This document shows positions 17,586-26,043 of a DNA stretch of 37,050 bases, piece by piece (the stretch's first letter is position 1; each line of letters begins with the position of its first letter). The position numbers and the translations under genes are program-made. The notes under the pieces are model-generated. The model saw only the letters and a program-made list of their open reading frames with translations. It made no database searches and had not been told where the DNA came from. Source of the DNA: an uncultured Lachnospiraceae bacterium (GTDB taxonomy: Bacteria; Bacillota; Clostridia; Lachnospirales; Lachnospiraceae); assembly GCA_902783965.1 (NCBI GenBank), contig CACZSY010000098.1, forward strand, positions 1 through 37,050. The letters are read 5' to 3'.

Positions 17586-17663
17586 TTTGTCCTCCTGTTT
17601 CTGCCCATCTGTAAATAAGATGCATCTTTAATCCAAAAACGGACATATTTTCTTAAAAAATTT

Positions 17664-18851
17664 TTATTCTTCCTTATCTTTATTCAATACCTGGTTGATT
17701 ATCGCAGCATGATCATCCGCGCATACTTTTGCACTGGAAGATCTTGCGGTACATATTATGTATTCTTTTCCCTCTTCATCGCTGACGCAGGATACACAGC
17801 AATTTCCGGATTCGGTCACAAATCCGGTCTTTGCGCCTATGAGCTTATAATTTCCTATGTCAAGCTTGTCCATCTTATAAAAGAACAGATTTTTTAAGGT
17901 CTTTCCATCAGGATAAGCCTTGAGTCCGGTAACTGTATGGCTCTTTGTTCCAAGTACCTTACGGCAATAATCATTCTTCATGGCATTTTCAAGTATGACA
18001 GCCATATCTAGAACGGTACTGTAGTGGTCGTCGTCATAAATACCGACGCAGTTAGTCATATGGCTGGTCCCAGCAATTCCCATGGCTGCAAGCTTGTCAT
18101 TCATTATCTTGACAAATTCCTCATTGGAACCACCGGTATACTCTGCAAGCGTCATGGCGGCATCCGCTCCCGACGGAAGGATCGTACCGTAATAAAGATC
18201 GCTTACAAGTACCTTGTCACCTACGCTGTAACCCGAAGTACTGCATCCGTTGGCATAGCAAAAATTACATATATCATAAGAAACAGTACATTTAGCCCTG
18301 TAGCTTTTCGTATGCTCAGCCGCGCACAGTATCGTCAGAACCTTGGTCATGGAAGCCGGCGAGATCTTTTTGTCATAATTCTTACCTGCAAGTATCGTAT
18401 GAGTTGCAGGATCCACCACAACCGCATATTCACAGCTGATCCCGTTAAGTCCGGTGATCATGTTTTCTGACGGTTTATACCCGTTTCCGGTCTCCTGTCC
18501 GTCTCCGGGTTCTTCTCCCGGCTCTTCTCCCGGTTCTTCTCCCGGTTCTTCTCCCGGTTCTTCTCCGGGCTCCTCTCCCGGTTCTTCTCCGGGCTCCTCA
18601 GACGTTTTATCTGCCGGTTGTTCCGACGGCAGCTGCGAATCTTTTCCTGTCACTTCCTGCGAATTGTCACCGTTTCCGCCCGAACTATCCGAATTTAAGT
18701 CTTCTTCGGAAAGATATATCTCCTCAACAGGCTCACCGTAAACAATACTTTCCGGCTTTTTCTTGACAAATGTAATAATTGCCAGAACAACAAATATAAT
18801 AACTGTTGTTATTGAAATAATATTCAATAATTTTCTTGATTCTCTGTACAT
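17664..18851 (-). CDS. D-alanyl-D-alanine carboxypeptidase (peptidase S11, low-MW PBP) with an N-terminal TM anchor and an (EEPG)n linker
   Basis: SxxK motif (SPASMTKVLT), KTG motif (GAKTGF) and a TM helix at residues 10-30. Confidence 0.8.
   Translation of the reverse strand: MYRESRKLLNIISITTVIIFVVLAIITFVKKKPESIVYGEPVEEIYLSEEDLNSDSSGGNGDNSQEVTGKDSQLPSEQPADKTSEEPGEEPGEEPGEEPGEEPGEEPGEEPGEEPGDGQETGNGYKPSENMITGLNGISCEYAVVVDPATHTILAGKNYDKKISPASMTKVLTILCAAEHTKSYRAKCTVSYDICNFCYANGCSTSGYSVGDKVLVSDLYYGTILPSGADAAMTLAEYTGGSNEEFVKIMNDKLAAMGIAGTSHMTNCVGIYDDDHYSTVLDMAVILENAMKNDYCRKVLGTKSHTVTGLKAYPDGKTLKNLFFYKMDKLDIGNYKLIGAKTGFVTESGNCCVSCVSDEEGKEYIICTARSSSAKVCADDHAAIINQVLNKDKEE
18505..18600. repeat. 12 nt tandem repeat, 8 copies, encoding (EEPG)8 in the carboxypeptidase linker
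   Basis: CCGGGTTCTTCT-type units repeat head to tail with a few synonymous variants. Confidence 0.9.
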
Positions 18852-18941
18852 TTTTTCAGTCCTTTATTTATAATTGCATTAATAAGTATATCAAATGCTG
18901 TTATTCTTCGCAAGAAGTGATATAATGATAAGAGGGGCAAA

Positions 18942-19676
18942 ATGGCAAACAATGGTTTATTCAGAAAGAAAAGGCAGAAAACAGATATGCGTAATAATCG
19001 GTATGTAAACGGCAGCCGGCCTCAAAGCAAAGCCGGCGGATATCTTTTTGCATTAATATTTATATTGTTCGGAATCGGAATGATAATTGGAGGGATCACC
19101 TTATATTCCAACATGCAGGATACCTATGGATATGCTTCTGTTGAAGGACAGATAAGCAGGATTGACGTTCAAAGAAGGCAGACAACAGGCAAAACGAAGT
19201 ATTCCTATACACCATACGTAAAATATGTTGTAGATAATGTTACATATGAAACCAGCCTTAACTACTATACTTCCACCATGCATCAAGGCGACAGCATTAC
19301 CATATACTACAACGAAAATAATCCGAACGATATAAAAGTCAATGAAGGCAGCATATTAGTTCTGGTGTCGTTATCTGTGATGGGATTTATATTTTTTATC
19401 GCCGGTGTGGTTGTATTCTGGGTTTTCAAAAGACAATCCGGTCAACCTGACAACGAATTAATCATATCCGATAACTCATCTTCTTCAGGCTTTGTTATGA
19501 ATACCGCATTTGACTCTTTTCATAGAAACAATGATATGCAGCCTCGAAACAACTCCTCTCATGTCGGAGTTGTAATAAATGACGATTTTGATTCTTTTGT
19601 TTCCGACAGGGAAAGCTATGCGGCGAAAAGGCAGCACGACGGATACAGCAACAAGCTTGGAGATTATGACAAATAA
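18942..19676 (+). CDS. DUF3592-like membrane protein
   Basis: Two TM helices flank a beta-rich segment (GYASVEGQISRIDV...YTPYVKYVVDNVTYE...GDSITIYYNENNPNDI) typical of DUF3592. Extended -10 promoter (TGATATAAT) upstream. Confidence 0.55.
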   Translation: MANNGLFRKKRQKTDMRNNRYVNGSRPQSKAGGYLFALIFILFGIGMIIGGITLYSNMQDTYGYASVEGQISRIDVQRRQTTGKTKYSYTPYVKYVVDNVTYETSLNYYTSTMHQGDSITIYYNENNPNDIKVNEGSILVLVSLSVMGFIFFIAGVVVFWVFKRQSGQPDNELIISDNSSSSGFVMNTAFDSFHRNNDMQPRNNSSHVGVVINDDFDSFVSDRESYAAKRQHDGYSNKLGDYDK

Positions 19677-19715
19677 ACCAATACCAAATATAATTTCAGA
19701 AAGAGGTAAGATAAT

Positions 19716-20648
19716 ATGACCAAAGTCTACATAGACGGCCAGAGCGGTACCACAGGATTACAGATATACGAAAGGATAGGAAGCAGGGACGACCTTACTC
19801 TTCTTCGCATCGACGAGGACAAGCGTCATGATAAAGAAGAAAGAAAACGTTTTCTCAACAACGCCGACATAGTATTTCTCTGCCTTCCGGACGAAGGAGC
19901 AAGGGAAGCTGTATCATTGATAGAAAATCCCGACGTAAGGGTAATAGACGCTTCAACCGCACACAGGACGGCTGACGGCTGGGATTACGGATTCGCGGAG
20001 CTTTCCAAAGAAGCCAGGGCAAAGATCGCATCAAGCAAAAGAGTTGCCAATCCGGGCTGCCATGCGACCGGTGTCATCAGCACGGCTGCTCCGCTGATCA
20101 GAATGGGAATACTTCCGCAAGACTATCCTCTGACCTGCTTTTCACTTACAGGATATTCCGGAGGCGGAAAGAAAATGATAGCTGAATATGAAGATGAGAA
20201 TAGAGATGAGCATCTGGATTCACCTGCCCTTTACGGATTGAATCTCCATCATAAGCATGTTCTGGAGATAATGAAGATTACGGGATTAAAATATGCTCCT
20301 GTCTTCGTTCCGGTAGTTGACGACTATTATAAAGGAATGGCTTCTACCATAATGCTTTCCAACAGGCTGCTCAACGGCTGTCCTTCTGCTGATGAGATCA
20401 GGGATAAACTTTCGGATTATTATAAAGATGAGTATTTTGTTGAAGTAATACAGCCATCCGATGATGTAAAGAGGCTCTACGCCAACACGCTTTCCGGAAC
20501 GAACATGCTCCGTATCTGCGTTAACGGACATGAAGACCAGACTATCATCACAGCATTGTTCGATAATCTCGGCAAAGGGGCGTCGGGAGCCGCAGTACAG
20601 AATATGAATATCATGCTGGGACTCGATGAAAAAACCGGACTGATATAA
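19716..20648 (+). CDS. argC: N-acetyl-gamma-glutamyl-phosphate reductase, short (about 310 aa) form
   Basis: N-terminal Rossmann GQSGTTG and active-site NPGCHATG. The length fits the uncommon short ArgC subfamily. Confidence 0.88.
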   Translation: MTKVYIDGQSGTTGLQIYERIGSRDDLTLLRIDEDKRHDKEERKRFLNNADIVFLCLPDEGAREAVSLIENPDVRVIDASTAHRTADGWDYGFAELSKEARAKIASSKRVANPGCHATGVISTAAPLIRMGILPQDYPLTCFSLTGYSGGGKKMIAEYEDENRDEHLDSPALYGLNLHHKHVLEIMKITGLKYAPVFVPVVDDYYKGMASTIMLSNRLLNGCPSADEIRDKLSDYYKDEYFVEVIQPSDDVKRLYANTLSGTNMLRICVNGHEDQTIITALFDNLGKGASGAAVQNMNIMLGLDEKTGLI

Positions 20649-20681
20649 TATTTGACCCCAACATCATAATACAGTGTACAC

Positions 20682-20724
20682 AAAAAACGAGCAGGAGCGG
20701 TAAATGCCGTTCCTGCTCTGTTCT
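20682..20724. terminator. Bidirectional terminator between argC and the PqqD-like gene
   Basis: AAAAAAC, GAGCAGGA (20689-20696), 14 nt loop, TCCTGCTC (20711-20718), TGTTCTCTT. Confidence 0.6.
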
Positions 20725-20725
20725 C

Positions 20726-20983
20726 TTATCTGATAAGTCCCAGAGATGTAAGTTTTGTAACAAAATCCTTAACAATCCTTGCGGTAGACTTCTCGTCCGC
20801 CTCATATTTTATCCTGACAGCCCTGATAAGTCCTTCCATATCATTTTCTTTCTTAAGCTGGTTTACTATGAAGACCTCGGTATTATCCAGCTTAAGCGTT
20901 CCCTGCTGATCCCCGTCCCCGGTATCTACCAGAAGATATCCCTCATCATTCTCACTGATCACTATTCCTTCTTTTAATCTCAT
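20726..20983 (-). CDS. Small PqqD-like (RRE-type winged-helix) protein
   Basis: 85 aa. The pattern LKLDNTEVFIVNQL...MEGLIRAVRIKYEADEKSTARIVKDFVTKLTSLGLI matches the PqqD family layout (LN.T...I...L......L...L...Y.....A..D...F...L...GLI). SD GGAGGGAAG. It starts 24 nt after the upstream gene. Confidence 0.45.
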   Translation of the reverse strand: MRLKEGIVISENDEGYLLVDTGDGDQQGTLKLDNTEVFIVNQLKKENDMEGLIRAVRIKYEADEKSTARIVKDFVTKLTSLGLIR

Positions 20984-21007
20984 CGTACTTCCCTCCTTTC
21001 GCCTGTT

Positions 21008-22903
21008 TTATACTGCTATTCCCTCCAGGCTGTTTTTATTAGATCTGCTGCCGGAGGTTGAATCCTTTTTCTGATCCGAATCTTTCTTAGTATCTGAGCC
21101 ACTCTTCGCGTCCGAATTCTTTTTCGCATCTGAGTCAGTCTTCGTGTCTGGATCTTTATTCGTATCTGACTTGCTGCTGTCAGAATCTTTATTAAAGCCG
21201 AAATTCTTTATATTCGATTTTGTTCTTCTGCCGGTTGTCTTGTCCCCGCCGGTCTTATTCTCATCGGTCGCAGACTTATCTTCGCCGGTCTTGGTCTCAT
21301 CGGTCTTCGTCTTGTCTTCGCCGGTCTTATTCTCATCGGTCTTCGTCTTGTCCCCACCGGTCTTATTCTCATCGGTCTTCGTCTTGTCTTCGCCGGTCTT
21401 GGTATTATCCTCATCGGTCGTAGACTTATCTTCATCCGACTTTCCGAACTGCGGCATCTGTCCGTTAAAATTCGGCATGTTCTGTCCGTCGAACTGCGGC
21501 GGTGTCTGCCCATCCGGAAGCTGCGGTGGATTCTGTCCGTCAGACTGCGGCGGTGTCTGTCCGTCGAACTGCGGTGGATTCTGTCCGTCGAACTGCGGCA
21601 TCTGTCCGTCGAACTGCGGTGCATTCTGTCCGTCTGAATCCTGTGAGTCGGTTCCGTCCTGTGAACGGTTGCCCTTCATCTTTCCTCTCATCTGGTCATT
21701 CCCGGGCTGGCGCATTCCGCCACGACCACCTCCTCCACCACCGAACTGATTGGTAAGCTCTGTTACTGTGTTTCCATTTACGGTTACTGTTGCTTTATCG
21801 CTGAGTTCAGATTCGCCGTCCCAGTCAAATGGTGACTGTGCTGTAATATCAACCGTACCGCCGTTGATATAAAGATTGCCGTTGGAATCGAGCGCGTCTG
21901 TATCGCCCTGTCCCATATTTACAGTAAGCTTACCGCCGTTGATAACTATCGCTATATCAAGGCTCTTGCTCTTAGATGAAGCATTTATTCCATCATCAGA
22001 CGCATTGATGCTTACGCTTCCGCCGTTGATCTCAACATAAGTAGTTTCAAGACCTTCCTTGCACTTGCTTATATTGATAGTTCCGTCATCGATCACCAGT
22101 GCTGTCGTTGCCTGTATTCCATCGCTGCCTGCGCTGATCTCAAAGGTGCCGCCGCTTATCGCAACGCTGCCCTTGGTATTGTCATCGCTGTCTTCACAAT
22201 GGATACCGTCCTTTGAAGTCTCGATCTTGAAGGTTCCGTCGCAGATACCCAGGCTGTCTTTGACCTCTATAGCGTCAAGCGAACATGTGATATTGTAGGT
22301 TCCTCCGGTTATCTTCATATCATTCTTGCCGGTTATTCCGTTGCCATTTGTCGAGGTGATATTAAGTGTTCCGGTTCCGTTTAATACGATATCATCTTTT
22401 GAATAAATTACCGCGTCAGTCTTGTCGTCGCCTGTTGCCGAAAATGTTCCGGTAACCTTAAGAGTGCTTTCCTTACCGGTAGTTGTTATAAATGTCTTAT
22501 CAGCATTCTTTACAAATATTGCCGGCTTGCTTGTGTTGGTGATCTCAAGTCCGTCAAGTACGAGCTGCACTTTTGCTTTATCATCGGCTGCCACTATGAT
22601 CATAGTCTCCGTGTAGCTTCCGCTTAAGATATAAGTGCCTTCCTCGGTTATCGTATAATCTTCTCCCGACTTGAGTTCTACCGTAACCGCCTCTGAAGTG
22701 TCGGCTGTCTGAAGCAGGTCGCGGTCAGTATATGAGACTGTTACTGCCTCCGCCGTCTGGGTCTTCTCACCGCTGCTTGTCGTAGCTTTTGATGAACTTG
22801 AAGCTGTATTCTCTGCTGAATTTTTCGAGGTTGTGCATGCGCTCAAAGCCATTGCCGAAATCAATGCAGATGTTATGATAATAGTCCTGAAATTCTTTCT
22901 CAT
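21008..22903 (-). CDS. Secreted lipoprotein with a Cthe_2159-like beta-helix carbohydrate-binding domain and a long low-complexity C-terminal tail
   Basis: Lipobox (ALSACTTS). Repetitive beta-helix rungs (TITEEGTYILSGS, KVQLVLDGLEITN, PAIFVKNADK, many DGI/NG.G turns). The tail contains a Gly run, PQFDGQ repeats and KTDENKTGEDKT repeats. Confidence 0.65.
   Translation of the reverse strand: MRKNFRTIIITSALISAMALSACTTSKNSAENTASSSSKATTSSGEKTQTAEAVTVSYTDRDLLQTADTSEAVTVELKSGEDYTITEEGTYILSGSYTETMIIVAADDKAKVQLVLDGLEITNTSKPAIFVKNADKTFITTTGKESTLKVTGTFSATGDDKTDAVIYSKDDIVLNGTGTLNITSTNGNGITGKNDMKITGGTYNITCSLDAIEVKDSLGICDGTFKIETSKDGIHCEDSDDNTKGSVAISGGTFEISAGSDGIQATTALVIDDGTINISKCKEGLETTYVEINGGSVSINASDDGINASSKSKSLDIAIVINGGKLTVNMGQGDTDALDSNGNLYINGGTVDITAQSPFDWDGESELSDKATVTVNGNTVTELTNQFGGGGGGRGGMRQPGNDQMRGKMKGNRSQDGTDSQDSDGQNAPQFDGQMPQFDGQNPPQFDGQTPPQSDGQNPPQLPDGQTPPQFDGQNMPNFNGQMPQFGKSDEDKSTTDEDNTKTGEDKTKTDENKTGGDKTKTDENKTGEDKTKTDETKTGEDKSATDENKTGGDKTTGRRTKSNIKNFGFNKDSDSSKSDTNKDPDTKTDSDAKKNSDAKSGSDTKKDSDQKKDSTSGSRSNKNSLEGIAV
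21237..21432. repeat. 36 nt tandem repeats, about 5 copies, encoding KTDENKTG(E/G)DKT units
   Basis: GTCTTGTCYYCRCCGGTCTTATTCTCATCGGTCTTC-type units repeat on the plus strand. Confidence 0.85.
21443..21640. repeat. Imperfect 21-24 nt tandem repeats encoding (N/T)PPQFDGQ units
   Basis: CTGTCCGTCGAACTGCGG-type units recur about 8 times. Confidence 0.8.
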
Positions 22904-22951
22904 AGTAATCCTTCCCTTCTGCTTTCATGCGTTTTTTTCTTCGTTAAGGGA

Positions 22952-22980
22952 ATGATATACCAGATCGAACATCTTGGCAA
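22952..22980 (-). promoter_or_regulatory. Candidate sigma-70 promoter of the Cthe_2159-like / PqqD-like gene pair
   Basis: On the minus strand, TTGCCA, 17 nt, TATCAT. Confidence 0.45.
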
Positions 22981-23026
22981 TGCTTTTCACTTTTTGTTCA
23001 CAATATCTTGCGAATGTGGACACTTT

Positions 23027-24502
23027 TTATATTTTCTTCTCAATTTCTTTGATTATGATCTTTAAGGCCTTGATCCTCGCGTACTTCTTGTCATTTGATT
23101 CAAGCACATACCAAGGCGCGTTGATCGTATTGGTCTTTGCGAGCATCTCGTCTATCGCCTGCTCGTAAATGTCCCATTTCTCCCTGTTTCTCCAGTCTTC
23201 CTCGGTGATCTTCCAGCGCTTTGCAGGCGTGTTCATTCTTTCATTGAATCTTTCAAGCTGGACATCCTTATCGATATGAACAAAGAATTTGACCACCACT
23301 GCACCCCAGTCGGTAAGGTCTCTTTCAAATTCATTTATCTCATTATAAGCGCGCTGCCAGTCATTCTCGCTGCAAAAGCCTTCTATTCTCTCAACCATTA
23401 CCCTGCCGTACCAGGTTCTGTCAAATATGGCGATATGTCCGGTCTTAGGCAGGCGGTTCCAGAATCTCCAAAGATAGTGTCTTGCCTTTTCATTCGGAAG
23501 CGGGCTTGCTATAGGATGAACCTCGTAGCCCCGCGGATCAAGAGCACCTACTATCCTCTTGATATTGCCGCCCTTTCCGGCAGCGTCCCAGCCTTCGTAG
23601 GCGATGATAACAGGAATTTTTTTCCTGTACAGTTCATTATGAAGCTTTGAAAGCTTTTTCTGCAGTTTTGACAATTCCTGGTCATACTCTTCATCGCTGA
23701 TACTCTTGCCGTCAAGCGATATCTCAGAAAGCTTCACCGTCTTTCGAAGCGGGAAGAGATTCTGCAGGATAGGAACGGCAAGCGCTCCGTTGGAAAGCGC
23801 GGTGTCAATGCCGTTGACCATGATCTCAAGTATCTGCTGCTGCGCCCATTTCACGTTATCGGCGTCGATTATGTACCACGGCGCCTGAGACTGATTGGTC
23901 TCTCTTAAATATGCATCGTAGACATTAAGACATTTGTCATAATGTTCATTCTGCCAGAGGTCATTTTCACTGACGCGCCATCTTGTATTCTTGTCTTCGA
24001 GAAGCTTCTCATAACGTCTCTTCTGTTCCTTTTTTCCTATATGGAAGAAAAATTTCAGCACAAGATATCCGTTGTCGGTAAGCTGGCGTTCAAACTGCCT
24101 TATGCTTATCATCCGTTTTCTGAAGCCCTCTTCATCGATATCACCGTGAAGGAATTCCGTTGTAACCTCATCCATATAACTTCCGTCCAGAAACATATAC
24201 TTGCCGGCTGCAGGGATCTTTACAAAATACCTGTACAAAAACGGTTTACGTTCCTCCTCCTGAGTCTTGACACTCATGGTCGCAACCTTGAAGAAACGCG
24301 GGTCGATATTCTTGATGATCTTACCGAGCACGCTTCCCTTTCCTGCCGCACCCCAGCCTTCAAATATGATGAGTACCGGCAGTTTCTTCTCACCGAGAGC
24401 GACATGGCGGTCGGTAAGCTTTGCGCGCAGCTGTTCGAGGCTTTCATCCATCTGTTCCGGCGTTGGTCGTTCAGACGCTGTCCAATCCTTTAACATAGAC
24501 AC
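23027..24502 (-). CDS. Two-domain polyphosphate kinase 2 (polyphosphate:AMP phosphotransferase-type PPK2)
   Basis: Duplicated PPK2 domains, each with a Walker A-like motif: IFEGWGAAGKGS and AYEGWDAAGKGG. Length 491 aa. Confidence 0.85.
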   Translation of the reverse strand: MSMLKDWTASERPTPEQMDESLEQLRAKLTDRHVALGEKKLPVLIIFEGWGAAGKGSVLGKIIKNIDPRFFKVATMSVKTQEEERKPFLYRYFVKIPAAGKYMFLDGSYMDEVTTEFLHGDIDEEGFRKRMISIRQFERQLTDNGYLVLKFFFHIGKKEQKRRYEKLLEDKNTRWRVSENDLWQNEHYDKCLNVYDAYLRETNQSQAPWYIIDADNVKWAQQQILEIMVNGIDTALSNGALAVPILQNLFPLRKTVKLSEISLDGKSISDEEYDQELSKLQKKLSKLHNELYRKKIPVIIAYEGWDAAGKGGNIKRIVGALDPRGYEVHPIASPLPNEKARHYLWRFWNRLPKTGHIAIFDRTWYGRVMVERIEGFCSENDWQRAYNEINEFERDLTDWGAVVVKFFVHIDKDVQLERFNERMNTPAKRWKITEEDWRNREKWDIYEQAIDEMLAKTNTINAPWYVLESNDKKYARIKALKIIIKEIEKKI

Positions 24503-24532
24503 ACCTTCTTTCTGTTTTATTATCTGCTTTAT

Positions 24533-25738
24533 CTACTTCTTGACTTTAGATTCGATCTTTTCAGTAAACTCCTTAAATTCTTCATTTTCCCCAAGTTCAT
24601 CAAGACTTGCATATCTGTAGTATTTATCCCTCGTTCCGGTCTCACGCTCAACATCCTTAAGTTTCGGTTTAAGAGTAAGCCCCGCAAGCTCTTCTCCTGT
24701 CAGCGCGTCAACCGCCGTATAGTTAAAATTACCGGCTTCGATCAATATGGAATTGCCGTTATCGGCAACATATTTCGCTTCCTTGTATGTGAGCTTATAG
24801 TAAATTAACACCTGAGCCATATTAGGATCCGTTACTGCCTTAAAATCCCATGCTTTTTCAAAAGCGTCGCTCTGGGACCTGGTCTCATCGTCTTTGCTTC
24901 CGTCTTCATTTATAAAGATAAATGTCTTCTTTTCCGGCTTCGAATAAAGGTTATTTTTCGTATCCTCCGCATTAAGATATTCCGAAATACTCTCCCTGTT
25001 CCATGTCATATTCTCGTTGGAGGCGATCTTGCCCGTGCTCACCGTCCTTCCAAGACAGTTCAGCGCTTCGGCATTATTTTTATCTTCTATCCATTCGCTG
25101 AAACCGGTCATCTTCGGCTGCGAAGTTATGTAATTGCCGTTACCGGTTTTTTCTTTTATAATAATCCCGCCGTTTTTTTCGCATATTTCAAAAAGCTTCG
25201 GATTGTTTCCGTACAAAACCGTCAACGCCATAAGCTCTTCGATATAGGAATCAACGTCATCATCAAAGAAAACAAGATCAGTCAGTTTAAATCCGCTTTC
25301 AAAATACGGCCTCATTGCGGCAACGATCTCGACGTCGCCCTTGCCTTTGGCATATTTGACCGCATAATTAAGGAAACTTACGGGATCTTCCAGCGCTTCC
25401 TTCTTCTCTTTGTAACTTAACGAAGACCAGCTTATCTTCTTAAATGTAGTAAGATCACGCCGGCCGCTGCTTTTAACCTCCGATACATACCCGGACACCA
25501 GTTTCTTTACTGCTTCATCATTCTGATAAGAAGCCAAAAGCTCACACTTTTTCTTATATTCTTCCGCTTTTTTATTGTCTTTTATCTTAGCATAAACCTT
25601 CGCAGCCTCGGCATACTTTCCTGCATCATAAAGGTTGTAAGCCTCGCTAAACCTTTCTGATTCGGAAGTACAGGCCGCAAAGAACAGGACTGTAAAAACC
25701 ATTACAGCAACCGAAATACGTGACAAAAAATGTTTCAT
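24533..25738 (-). CDS. Hypothetical lipoprotein with an N-terminal TPR-like helix pair
   Basis: Lipobox (LFFAACTSE), then AYNLYDAGKYAEAAKVYAKIKDN. I recognise no other motif. Confidence 0.55.
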   Translation of the reverse strand: MKHFLSRISVAVMVFTVLFFAACTSESERFSEAYNLYDAGKYAEAAKVYAKIKDNKKAEEYKKKCELLASYQNDEAVKKLVSGYVSEVKSSGRRDLTTFKKISWSSLSYKEKKEALEDPVSFLNYAVKYAKGKGDVEIVAAMRPYFESGFKLTDLVFFDDDVDSYIEELMALTVLYGNNPKLFEICEKNGGIIIKEKTGNGNYITSQPKMTGFSEWIEDKNNAEALNCLGRTVSTGKIASNENMTWNRESISEYLNAEDTKNNLYSKPEKKTFIFINEDGSKDDETRSQSDAFEKAWDFKAVTDPNMAQVLIYYKLTYKEAKYVADNGNSILIEAGNFNYTAVDALTGEELAGLTLKPKLKDVERETGTRDKYYRYASLDELGENEEFKEFTEKIESKVKK

Positions 25739-26043
25739 ATCCTTGCTTTCCTTTTACGAAATATATATTTATTCTATCACATTTATGGTATAATAACCAT
25801 CAATATTCCTCAGAAAATATTTCTTTTACGATAAGCTCTTCGTTTGATCTTATGAGATAGTTTTTATTAATCTTTTTCTTCTGATACCAAAAAGGAGTAT
25901 CTTGTGTTATTTGAATAATGTACTTTTTAAAAAAACTCCAATCCCGGTCATGCTTTCTTTAAGCTCATAACTCCATTAACCATTACTGATCAAACATATA
26001 CAATTTCAATTCTTTGAATAAAACTATATTTGATTTATCTGTT

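Noticed and set aside
21144-21749. Plus-strand 201 aa ORF with Cys/Pro/Ser repeats, and similar antisense ORFs at 18454-18741, 3019-3657, 10487-11128, 23942-24493 and 8151-8567
   Set aside because: All lie fully inside, and antisense or out of frame to, well-supported genes with recognisable motifs. Their repeat patterns are mirror images of the sense-strand repeats. They lack SD sequences. They are shadow ORFs.
20726-24502. A RiPP biosynthetic cluster centred on the PqqD-like gene
   Set aside because: There is no radical-SAM enzyme, YcaO, lasso cyclase, protease, dedicated ABC exporter or plausible short precursor ORF nearby. One small RRE-like gene is not enough to call a cluster.
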